Positions 63,942-64,000 of a stretch of DNA of 64,000 nucleotides are shown piece after piece. Both the position numbers and the translations under genes were made by a program. How positions within the stretch are numbered: the first letter of the stretch is position 1; the number at the start of each line of letters is the position of its first letter. The stretch is taken from NCBI RefSeq assembly GCF_000007005.1, contig NC_002754.1; one strand, given 5' to 3'. Under the pieces are notes generated by a model, which was not told the DNA's origin, did no database searches, and saw nothing but the letters and a program-made list of their open reading frames with translations. Source of the stretch: Saccharolobus solfataricus P2. Lineage in GTDB: Archaea; Thermoproteota; Thermoprotei_A; Sulfolobales; Sulfolobaceae.

Positions 63942-64000
63942 AATAATAAGGTTAGAGTTTGGGGTTAAAAAACTGTCAATATTTGTTTGACAGTCTACTG

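Overview
AT-rich, gene-dense crenarchaeal DNA of Sulfolobales type. The IS and MITE families (ISC1048, ISC1078, ISC1359, ISC1439, SM1/SM2-like) point to Saccharolobus (Sulfolobus) solfataricus; this is an inference. Left to right: (1) 1-3.3 kb: a hypothetical gene and an IS607-family element (tnpA+tnpB) nested in an IS110 remnant. (2) 3.4-16.4 kb: an aromatic-degradation cluster with a CoA-acylating ALDH, HTH-10 regulator, Zn-ADH, two acetoacetate-decarboxylase-like paralogues, catechol 2,3-dioxygenase, GlcG-like protein, ferredoxin reductase and a T4MO-like diiron monooxygenase. Its alpha subunit is split into two separately promoted genes, and an AACWWGTT box lies 46-49 bp upstream of eight starts. 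(3) 16.4-24.7 kb: IS debris including 962-bp inverted IS110 arms around ISC1048, plus vapBC and HEPN-MNT. (4) 25-33.3 kb: thioesterase, CitE-family lyase, GntR, a coiled-coil nuclease with perfect 84-bp repeats, an enolase-superfamily enzyme with SuyAB-like genes, and MITEs including a tnpB-less IS605 mini-element. (5) 33.4-42.3 kb: LOG-family gene, IS-broken ABC exporter, a GlmS paralogue lacking Cys1, a DUF871 gene, and a coupled alaXS + catalytically dead Cas3'-like + dead Cas3''-like trio with no CRISPR array or other cas genes in the window. This trio is the strongest candidate for an undescribed system. (6) 42.4-64 kb: two family-5 (Opp/Dpp) ABC systems, one with oppF broken by ISC1439, more IS remnants, a surface coiled-coil protein and an AAA+ ATPase. 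No tRNA, rRNA or CRISPR array was seen. All family assignments are by eye from recalled motifs, not from database searches.
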